Origin: an uncultured Candidatus Peribacteria bacterium
GTDB lineage: Bacteria; Patescibacteriota; Gracilibacteria; UBA1369
NCBI GenBank assembly: GCA_964424075.1
Contig: CAYRGY010000005.1
Coordinates: 48,424-112,423 of the forward strand
DNA: 64,000 nt
Reading direction: 5' to 3'
How positions within the stretch are numbered: the stretch's first letter is position 1; each line of letters opens with the position of its first letter. The notes under the pieces were generated by a model. That model ran no database searches. It saw nothing but the letters and a program-made list of their open reading frames with translations, and was not told the origin of the DNA. Below are positions 53,301 through 64,000 of the stretch, piece after piece. A program made the translations under genes and the position numbers.

Positions 53301-56300
53301 TGTTTCATGGCCGATACTCCGGCAGACAATCAGCAGCAGACCAATCAAAATCAGGCTCAGCAGGATACTGTTCAGAAGCCTTCCCAAGCCATTAACGCTA
53401 CAAATGAGCCCAAACTGGGTGAGAATTTGGCTCAGATTAATCGTGAACAGAAGGAGAAAGCTACTTTGGAAAAAGCCCAACAAATGGGTATGAATTACAT
53501 CGATATTGCTTCAACTCCCATTAATCCTGATTTGCTTAAGCTGATAACTCCAGAAGTTGCCAAGAATAATCTGATCATTCCGTTTTATCGGGTCGGGAAA
53601 AAGTTGCGTGTTACTGTCGCGCATCCCACCAATCCTGACACACGGGCAGTGATTAATGATCTGAAGCAAAAGGGCTATTTAATCAACATCAACTTATCAT
53701 CAGATGATGCAATTTTAGATGCGCTTAAGCTATATAAAACTGACCAATACGTAGTAAAGCAGGAAATTGATACACATGTAGATGAAACCAAAATCCAATC
53801 CTACGAAAAAGAGCTTGAAGAATTGAGTAAGCTCGGGGATCAAATTAAAGCCAGTAATTCAGAGGAAGCTGTCTATAAAATAGCTGTTGGAGCTCTAAAG
53901 TCTGGTTCTTCGGATATACATTTGGAAGCAGAAGAGAGCTTTGTACGGGTCAGATTCAGAATCGATGGTGTTTTACATGAAGTTTTTCGGCTAGATAAAG
54001 ACACTTTTAACAATTTAGGTAATCAACTTAAATATCAATCAAAGCTAAAAGTAAATATTAATGATGTACCTCAGGATGGACGGTTTTTCTTCACTGTCAA
54101 CGATCGTAAAGTAGACGTTCGTGTCTCCGTGCTACCCACTGAATATGGAGAAAGCTTTGTACTTCGACTTTTAGATAGCAGTAAGAAAATTGTTAGTTTT
54201 GAAGATCTTGGTTATTCCGGCGTTTATCTCAAAAAAATTGAACGCCTATCCTCCATCAAACACGGCATGATTCTAATGACTGGTCCGACAGGTTCTGGTA
54301 AAACGACTTCGCTCTATACCATGCTCTCCAAATTCAATAAACCGGATTCCAAAGTGATTACATTGGAGGATCCGATTGAATATCACCTTGAAGGTATTTC
54401 ACAAAGTCAAATCAAGGTTAAAGACGGCTATACATTTGCCAGTGGACTCCGTTCAATTCTGCGACAGGACCCCGAAGTAATAATGATCGGTGAAATCCGT
54501 GACTTGGAAACTGCAGAAACTGCGGCTCAAGCAGCGTTAACCGGTCACGTGCTCTTAAGCACCCTGCACACCAACAGTGCCATTGAAACAATTCCACGTC
54601 TAATCAATATCGGCCTACCTTCATTCATGATAGCCCCTTCACTTCACACCGTCATTGCTCAACGTCTGGTTAGGCAAATTTGTCCCCATTGTCAGGTCCT
54701 TCGCTCCATACCCCAAGCTACTAAGCAGGAGCTTGAAACTGTTTTGGAGGCAATCAAAAAGATAAGACCTGCCGAGGATATTAAAATGCCCGAAAAACTT
54801 CCTGTAGCAGCCGGTTGTGACAAGTGTAGTCACTCCGGCTACAAGGGACGAGTCTGTGTTGTAGAAATGCTGGAAGTCGATTTCGAATTGAAAGATCTGA
54901 TCCTCAACAAAGCCAGCAGCACCAAAATGATTGAATCAGCTCGTCGCAAGGGCATGATTACACTGCGCGAAGACGGCGTGCTGAAAGTTATTCAAGGTCT
55001 AACCACTCTAGAAGAGGTTCACCGCGTAACCACAATCAGCTAAGCTCCCATTTAAGCTCAAAGTTTCTCCTGACAATACCCTCCATTTCCAAATTGGTTA
55101 AGGCAAATGTCACCTCACTATAATGACGTTTTTCTATCAATTCCTCCAGGCTACAAGTCTTTTCCGCTAATCTGTTGATGATATACATTTCCTCCAAACT
55201 CAAATTCAGCCTATCTTTTTGATTCATAAATCCATACTTTTCCAGCAGCTCTTCAATGCTTAAGACTATCATTGCCTTGCCGTCATGAATCATTTTATTG
55301 GAGCCTTTACATTGAATTTTTCCTACATCCCCCGGGAAAGCATAAGCTTCCCTACCTTGATTGGCAGCATGATCTGCTGTCATAAGCGCTCCCGAGGGAT
55401 CTCCTGCTTCGACAATCAATGTTTTCTCTGCCAAACCTGAAATTATTCGATTTCTTTCCCGATACCTTAGTCGCAAATTACCCACACTAATAGGATATTC
55501 GGATAGCACACAACCACCTACTTCTAGAATTCGTTGTGCCAATTGCCTATGGCTGCGGGGAGTGATATCTTCGATCCCAGAGGCAATCACTGCAATATTA
55601 GTTTGTCCGGCCTCAATCGCTCCTTGGTGGGCTTCCGCATCTATACCAAAGGCCAAACCGCTTATCACAATTCCTCCAAATCCGGCAAATTGTTTGGCTG
55701 TATTAAAAGATAATTTTCTACCTGTAGCACTGGGCTTGCGAGTTCCCACAATTGCCAATGTTCTTCGACCTGACAGGCCGGGAAATTTTCCTCTCACATA
55801 TAAACTGTATGGCTGGAATTCAATTTGTTTCAAACAAGCAGGAAATTCCGTGTCCGTACGACCTATCACTTCATACTGAGTAGCAACTTGATGCCAAAGC
55901 TTTTCCCAACCCAACAAACCCTTTTGCATGATTCGTTCAACAGCAACTGGGCGTATTCCGGCTTGGAAGAGATGTTTTTCAGTCCCGAGATTCCAGGCAT
56001 ATTTAAAATCACCACCAAAATAGTCATCGATTTTCGCCAATTTGGTATAGTCCATTTCCTCGATATGCCAAAACGCATTTACAAACTCTTTCATATCCAG
56101 AGTTTATGCAAATCACCTTAACTCAATCTAAATTATTCATAAATTCCTTTCCCTTTGTCACCGACAATTTTCCCTTCTTCCAGCTTTATTACCCTCCTTT
56201 TCAAAGTATTCACAATTTCCCGATTGTGAGTTGTCAGCATAATTGTAATTCCCGCCTTATTGATATCTTCCAACAGCCTAACAATTTCAACTGCCGTGTC

Positions 56301-59300
56301 CGGATCAAGATTCCCGGTTGGTTCATCAGCAACAATCAATCGAGGATCATGAACCAATGCGCGTGCAATAGCAGTTCTCTGTTTTTCACCACCTGACAAT
56401 TGATGTGGAAATTGATGTCCAATTCTCGATAAACCCACTTTGTGTAAAACTTCATGCACTTTTTTAGCAATATCAGCTTTAGGGTATCCACAAACTTCCA
56501 AGGCAAAAGCCACATTTTCATAAACCGATTTTTGCGGCAAAAGACGATAATCCTGAAAGACAACACCAATTGATCTTCTGAAAAACTGCAATTCTCTGGC
56601 ATTCATTTCACTAATTCTATAGCCATCAATAGTGATAGATCCCGATGAGAAATTGTCCGCTCCGATCAGCATATAAACCAGAGTAGATTTCCCGGCCCCC
56701 GATGGTCCTATTAATGAAACAAACTCTCCTTGTTGAATTTTAAGACTGACCTGATCAAGGACTTTTTTCTGCTTGTATTTTTTTACTACTTTATTAAATT
56801 CAATCATTTCCTTGGATTAACAGGTTAAATTTAGCACAAAGCAGTCTCTTTCCCAATCTGAAATTATGACTATTCAAAATCAGCGTTTTGACTATCCAAA
56901 ACAAAGCAGCCACAAGCAGCTTATTTATGATACTTTTCATGAATCTCCCTCAGCCTTTGATTAGTCAAATGAGTATATATTTGAGTAGTCGTTATTGAGC
57001 TGTGCCCCAGCATCTCCTGCACCGATCTGATGTCGGCTCCATTACGCAACAGCTCGGTTGCAAAGCTATGCCGCAATTTATGAGGAGTCACTGGCTTGAT
57101 TAATCCCGCCCGCCTTCCATATCGTCTAACTAAATATTGCACCATGGTAGGAGAAATTCTTCTTTTCTCATCTTCACTGGAACCAGACATATTGCGTGTG
57201 CGGCCATGACTCAAAAACAATGGTTTGAAATCATCTTTGCGTGCTTTAACATAGTCGGCAATGGCGTCAGCCGCATCATCAGACAAGAAGACTATCCGTT
57301 GTTTTCTACCTTTCCCTACAACTCTAAATTCACGGGTATCCAAATTAATGTGTTCCAGATTCAAAGCTACTAATTCACTAATTCGCAACCCGGTAGAATA
57401 TAAAGTCCTCAGCATAGCATAGTCACGTAGACCTTGCAGTTTAGATACATCGATGGCTCCAAACAGAGCTTCCAATTCTTCCCGATTTAAATATTCCACT
57501 GTTCTTTCAGGAATTTTGCTCAGCTCAATTTTTTCCGGAGCAAGAGTTTTAATATCGTTTTTGATCAAATGCTTCAAAAATGCTCGCAAAGCTATAATAT
57601 GATAATTTTGGGTTTTAATGTTTAAAAGTGGCTGTCCGTTTTGGTCGGACAGACGATTTAAATAGAGACGAAAATTTTGAATCATGTTCTGATCAATATT
57701 ACCTACTGCCAAATCACTAGCGGCCCATCTTTCAAATCTTTTCAAGTAATGCTGATAGTTCTCAAGCGTTTTGGCTGATTGATTCTTGGATATTTCGCAA
57801 TATTCCAGAAAGCGATTAATGGCAGTTTTAAGTTGCATTGAAACCTTAAAAAATAGCGTTATAATTATAGCGCTTTTTCCCTAATTGATAAACAATGATT
57901 TGTCCCAAATGCAAGCATTCTGAAACCAGGGTTCTTGATTCACGCGAAACCAATGAGCGTAAAGAAATTCGTCGTCGCCGACAATGTGAGGACTGTAGTT
58001 TCCGTTTTACCACCTTCGAAAGAGTGGAACTCGCCAATTTCCTGGTTGTTAAAAAGGATCAGTCCAGAGAAGTGTACAATCGCAGTAAAATCCAAAACGG
58101 AATCTGGAAAGCTTGTGAAAAGCGACCCATTACCGAGGAACAAATTCGCCAGATGCTGGATGTTCTGGAAGAAAAATGGAGCAATATCGGCAAAGAAGTG
58201 CCGAGCCAGACCATCGGTGAAGAAGTTATGAAAAAGCTTAAGGATATGGACGAAGTAGCCTACATTCGTTTTGCCAGTGTCTATAGACAATTCAAAGACA
58301 TCGAAGCTTTCAAGCATGAGCTGCAAAGCCTGCTGGAAGCCTAAGACTTTGACACAAACAGAAAAATAAAGTATAATATACTAATATTTATTACAAAGAT
58401 GCTTAAAAAAATATTAGTACTATTGGCTGTCCTGATTATTCCTCAAGTGAGTTGGGCTCAAACTGAGGTCGATAATTTAAAATCTACTGAAGCCAATGAC
58501 GTCAATTGTCTTGTCGATAGACAGGACAGTCCAGAATATAACGGTATATTTGTTAGCGCGCATTACCCGCATCAGGTTCAACCTGGTGAATTATTTCGTA
58601 TAATATATAGAATCAAAAATATTGGAAATACGCCTTGGTTTTCAATCGAAAGTAAGTGTGAGAATCAGCCTCCGGTTTTCCTGGGCACCACACGTCAACA
58701 AGATCGCCTTAGCATTTTCCACGCTCCTGCCATCTTCGGCGACACCAACTGGCTGCAGGGAAATCGCATCAAAATGTCTACTCTCCGTGTCGACCCGGGA
58801 GACATTGCCGAATTTTCTTTTCTGGCGCATGCCCCACAAGAACCAAGTATTTACCGTGAATATTTCAGTCCCGTCATCGAAAATGTCACTTGGATCAATG
58901 GAGACAGTGAAAGTTATATAGACATCACTGTCGGACATCCTGAATACGATGAGAGACTTATCAACATAACTCGCGAAATCCCTTTAAGTATTAATTTACT
59001 GGATCCTCAATTTGACGGAGACAAAAAAATTGTTGTGGACATTTCTGATCAGCGCATGAAATTACAGCTCGGAGACTATGTAATTAAAGAAGTTCCCGTC
59101 TCAACAGGAACTTGGAGAACGCCAACACCTTTCGGTACAACTAGCATTTCACTCAAACAGGAAGTCCGTGTTGCTGCCGCCTGGCCACATTACATCATGC
59201 CAAAGTTCATGATGTTCCGAGCCGGAGGCTATGGTATTCACGCTTTACCCAGCTTGGCCAATGATCGAGGAATTTTTTGGCGCGAAGCCTTAAATCATAT

Positions 59301-62300
59301 TGGCACCCGTCGAAGTCACGGTTGTATTCGCTTGCTTCCCGACGATGCCAACTTTGCTTTTGATTTTGCCGACGTGGGCACCACTGTGCAAGTTGTTCCT
59401 TAGTTTTTCCACTATGGCTGCATCGCGGTAAGGTTGATCAGGGAGAAGGGGATTTTAATGCAGGCCTTATTCTTGTCCGGCTTTGATTTAAATAGAGGCC
59501 TTTATGTCCTCTGAATATTTTGCACATAGTATTAGTTTATAACTGGAAAGTTAAGGCATCACACTTTCATCCTAAATCAATTTTTTTCCTTTGCTGTTCT
59601 ATTGAATTTTCCTCAAATCCAAGTATTCTAAAACCCATAATTAATTCTCCAGGTGCTCGACAAACTCAACGAAAAACAACAAGAAGCGGTACTCACCACC
59701 AAAGGTCCGCTGCTGGTTCTGGCCGGCGCCGGCTCGGGTAAAACCAGCGCTCTAACTACCAGAATTGCTCATTTAATCCAAAAAGAAGGAGTCAGTCCCT
59801 GGAATATTTTGGCTGTCACTTTCACCAACAAAGCCGCCAATGAAATGAAGTCGCGCATCTTAAAACTACTTGGTCGCGAAAGCGATGACTCAGCAATGCC
59901 TAACATTGGCACTTTCCACTCCATTTGCGTACGAATTTTGCGCAAGCATATTCACGAGTTGGGCTATGACAATTCTTTCGTTATTTACGACACTGCCGAT
60001 CAACAAATCCTGATGAAACGAGTGCTGGAAGAATGTGGAATTGATGCGAAACAATTCAATCCTAAAGCTATTCTTCACTTTATTTCCGGAGCTAAAAATC
60101 AATTAATCGGACCCAGAGAATATCACAGTTTCGTCAACAATTATTTCACTGAAAAAGTCGAGAAAGCCTACAAAGTATATCAGGCCAATCTGCAAAAAAG
60201 TAATGCGCTCGACTTCGACGATATCATTATGAAAACTGTCGAGCTGTTCAAATCCAAGCCTGAGATACTCGACAAATATCAGGAACAATTCAAATACATT
60301 TCCATCGACGAATATCAGGATACTAATCATGCACAATACGTTCTCACCAATCTGCTCGCCGAAAAATATCGCAATTTATGTGTAATTGGTGATTCCGACC
60401 AATCAATTTATGCCTTTCGCGGCGCTAATATCCAAAATATTCTCGATTTCGAAAAAGACTACCCCGATGCAAAAGTTGTTTTTCTGGAACAAAATTATCG
60501 CTCTACCCAAATTATTCTTGACGCGGCACACAGTGTGATAGAAAAAAATACCAAGCGCAAAAAGACCCGTCTGTGGACTAAACAAGTGGAAGGTGAAAAA
60601 GTTACCCTCAAGGAACTCACCAATGAGCGTCACGAGGGCGAATTCATTGCCGAACAAATCATTCAAAAATTGCAAAATCAGACCGAAAAGGACTATCGCG
60701 ATTTCGTTGTGCTTTATCGCACCAACGCTCAATCCCGCGTAATTGAAGAGGCCTTTCTTCGCTATGGTTTACCTTATAGAATCGTTGGGGGTATCAAGTT
60801 TTATGAACGCAAGGAGATCAAAGATATGGTCTGTTATCTTCGTGCAATCCAGAATCCCAATGATACTGTCAGCTTACTCCGAATCATTAACACACCTCCT
60901 CGCAAAATAGGTCAAAAAACCATTGAAACTATTCAGCAATATGCCATCAATGAAGGTATTACTTTTTGGCAAGCGCTAATTGATATTGAAAAAATTGAAG
61001 CCATTAGGGAATCAAAATCTAAAGCCCTAACAGACTTCGTAAATTTGATTAAATCACTACAAAAAGTTAATCAGGAATTTCCGGCAGCGGGTGTAATCAA
61101 GCATGTTTTAGACTTTTCCGGCTATAAAAAGTTTTTGGATGATGGCACCACTGAAGGTGAAACACGTCTTCAAAATATTTATGAATTAATTTCCGTAGCC
61201 ACTAAATACAGTTCACTGGAACCAGGCGAATCTTTAGGTATCTTTTTGGAAGAAATTGCCCTCATCTCCGACTTGGACAAGTTGGACGATCAAGACAATT
61301 CTGTTACCTTGATGACTATTCATTCTGCCAAAGGTCTGGAATTCGGTACGGTGTTTCTGGCGGGGCTGGAGGACGGAATTTTTCCGCATTCTCGAAGCCT
61401 CTTGGAACGTTCCGAGCTGGAAGAAGAGCGACGTTTGATGTATGTGGCAATTACCCGGGCCAAACAAAAACTGTATTTACTGCACGCTCGCAGCCGTATG
61501 CTTTACGGGGAATCACAAGCCAATCCGGTATCCCAATTCATCTCAGATTTCCCGGAGGAAGTGCTGGAAAAAGATGCAGCCCGTCAGCACCAGACGCTTA
61601 ATGCCAAACCTATTCCTGAAGAAACCGATCATGAGCTCATTTATCATCATCAAGAGCCGCAGGAACCTACTCTATCCTCTGTCAGCGATTTCCGTGATGG
61701 AGATCGGGTCAGCCATCAGACTTTTGGAGAGGGGACTATTATTTCTATTCAAGGAGGAGTGGCCACCATCTGCTTCAAATCAAAAAAGCACGGCATCAAA
61801 AAATTGGCCCTTTCCATCGCTCCACTAACCAAGCTTTCTTAAATCATATTTATCAGCTTGTGCAGAGCGTTTTTCCTCTTCGATCCGCTCTTTGTCGTAC
61901 TTTTCATCGGCAATTTTGTAGTATTGCTTGATGCTGCGCTCAGTTCCATAAACAATATCAAATTCCAAATCCTCAGATTTATTTTTTGCGGCCCATTCTT
62001 TCAGTTCAGGAGCAAAATCAAATGTTTTCGGTTTAATATCAATGATCTGTTTTCGATTGCGACAATATAAAATCAGACCATCTGGAAAAGGCAAATCTGT
62101 TCGAATTTCCTGATTGCGATCTCTTCTGCGGGGGCGTTTTTGATGTTGTGGTCTTGGCATATATTATAAATCCATACGATGTACTTGAGCTTTCGGTACG
62201 CTTGCTTCTGAAACAAATCTGTCGGTTGGCTGATTGCCCAGAAATGCATTGGCCTTTTCAATTTTTTTACGCCTTTCGGCTGCAGACAAAGTATCCTTCT

Positions 62301-64000
62301 GCATTAACCTTTTCATGTTAGCATAAATTCTTTGCCTTTCCTCCTCACTTTTTTCGTCAAAGGTATTCACTGTTTCCTGAACTCTTTGTTTCACTTTTAA
62401 AGGACTGGCGATTCTCTCCACTTGCTTGAGCATTTCACTCCCGGATTTTTCTGCTTGCGGCTCTATTGCTGCCACCTCACTGTAAATCTGATCTCGCAGT
62501 GTTAAATATCCGGCAATACTGACCAGCACTGTGCCAAATAGCCCCAAAACCACTCCATATTCAGATTTCTTAGAAAGAATATTCAATCCGAATTGTGGGT
62601 GAAAAAAGACCGAATTCATTAGAATCAGGAAATACATCGACATAAATCCGATAAAAATCTGCATTTTAGCAAAATTCCACTTTTTAAGAATCTGTAGTTT
62701 CTTAAGACTCTGGGAATTTTTTGCACCTATCATTAACAAATTAGCAATTGCCATCACAAATATACTGAAGCCCAAAAGGTACATCGGCCCGGTAAAACCA
62801 TTAAAAGTTTGTCCTGTTTGAAACACATCCACATCACTGTACCAAGGCAGAAACAGACTGACAGTCAGAAGTAGTGACCCGATTAAACCTATTTTGCTAC
62901 TTAAACTGAGAGCAGCCCAGGCGTTCAGGAAAGAATTGGAAGACTTTTTAGTAACAGTCATTGTCTAAAAATTAATAACAAAGCCAATATATCGATTGCT
63001 AGTGACAAAATCAAATCTTTGCATTAATATCAGGCCGTTCATCTTCAGATGATAAGCTAACCCTAACAACTGCAATGAAAATTGCCATAGATGTAAGAGA
63101 TGCCGATGGCCAAAAAACCGGTAAAGGTTTTTATGCATTCGGCCTCATCAAAAACATCCTTGAACAGGACCAGGAAAATCAATATATACTCTATTCTGAT
63201 CAAGCTAAGTCGCCCTTTCCCGCACAGGAAAATGTGACCTTTAAACATGTCGACAAAACCGGAATCAAATGGCACTTTGCCACTTTAAGTGACCTCAAAA
63301 AGGAAAGACCGGACCTCTATTTCGCACCCACGAGCTATATTATCCCGGCCATGGCACCCCGTTGGCTAAAAGTTATTCTGACCGTGCATGATTTAGTTGC
63401 TTTCATGTTTCCCAAAAATCATAAGAAAAAAGCCGTATTAATTGAAAGATTCACTCTTAAACATGCACTCAAGAATAGCTCAAAAATCTTTGTGGTCTCT
63501 GAGAATACTAAAAATGATTTGATCAATCGATTTCATCTTCCCAAATCCATGATGGCCGAGGTTCCTTGCGCCCCCAACGAATTATATCGCAATGAATTTG
63601 ATCAGAAACAGGCCGAACATATTAGTAAAAAATACAAATTACCTAAGCATTTTATTTTGGGAGTAGGTACATTGGAGCCCCGGAAAAATTTCGCCACTTT
63701 AATCAAAAGCTATGTCATCATCAAAAGACGATTCCCGGACTATAAGCTGGTCATTGTTGGTAAATGCGGTTGGAGATTTCATCAATTGCAGCGTCTTGTA
63801 CAGGAGTACAAAATGGAAGATGATGTGCTTTTTCTAGGATATGTTCGTGATCATGAATTACATTACATCTATCATTCGGCTGAAGTATTTGTCTTCCCTT
63901 CTCTTTATGAAGGTTTTGGCATTCCGCCATTAGAAGCAATGGCCTCTGGTTGCCCGGTTGTTAGCTCCAACACCTCCTCCTTGCCTGAAGTTGTCGGAGA

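Overview
This is a 64 kb, visibly AT-rich, tightly packed chromosomal segment. It has about 60 protein genes and 4 tRNA genes. I found no rRNA, CRISPR array, transposase or phage genes. All functional calls come from reading the supplied translations for motifs by eye; no searches were run.

The gene set looks like a small-genome, probably monoderm bacterium of the Candidate Phyla Radiation (CPR)/Patescibacteria type. This placement is an inference from DUF4012, DUF881 x2, FemAB, a TrbC/VirB2-like small 'pilin', SLH and LPXTG surface proteins, scattered competence genes, and many overlapping gene ends. UGA behaves as a stop, so the standard code applies.

Recognisable housekeeping genes:
- An ABC-2 transporter pair.
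- An RND efflux pair (adaptor plus pump).
- femAB, ybeY, a SpoU methyltransferase, murD, lysS, dnaB, yraN, comM/yifB, murA and a ComEC-type MBL domain.
- argS, ctp, ymdB, a pseudouridine synthase, recA-recX, nusA and pilB/gspE.
- dprA, ftsE, xerC/D, nrdR, an L,D-transpeptidase, pcrA and a GT4 glycosyltransferase.
- tRNA-Pro(UGG), tRNA-Cys(GCA), tRNA-Ser(GCU) and tRNA-Ser(UGA).

Most unusual observations:
1. A roughly 330-bp intergenic array holds 16 TGTCTA/TAGACA half-sites, including four GTCTATAGAC palindromes. It runs into the promoter of a tail-anchored, coiled-coil HTH protein. It could be an operator, iteron or centromere-like array, or possibly an origin.
2. murD is translationally coupled to a 451-aa PP-loop-like protein (candidate MurL-type epimerase). 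A PAP2 phosphatase / polyprenol-kinase fusion is transcribed divergently from this pair.
3. A 1231-aa orphan protein has no signal peptide. It carries an SH3-like segment, a (GPSP)n linker encoded by a perfect 12-bp x4 tandem repeat, and a triplicated C-terminal module.
4. A 7 kb stretch (38.5-45.6 kb) contains seven orphan genes interleaved with three tRNAs.
5. ArgRS carries an N-terminal B3/4-like extension of about 240 aa.
6. An aminotransferase-fold protein has Tyr in place of the Schiff-base Lys.
7. The recA promoter has a perfect GGTGAG-N6-CTCACC palindrome in its spacer.

I cannot identify a complete, clearly novel multi-gene system with confidence. The palindrome array with its HTH gene and the orphan-gene stretch are the best candidates.
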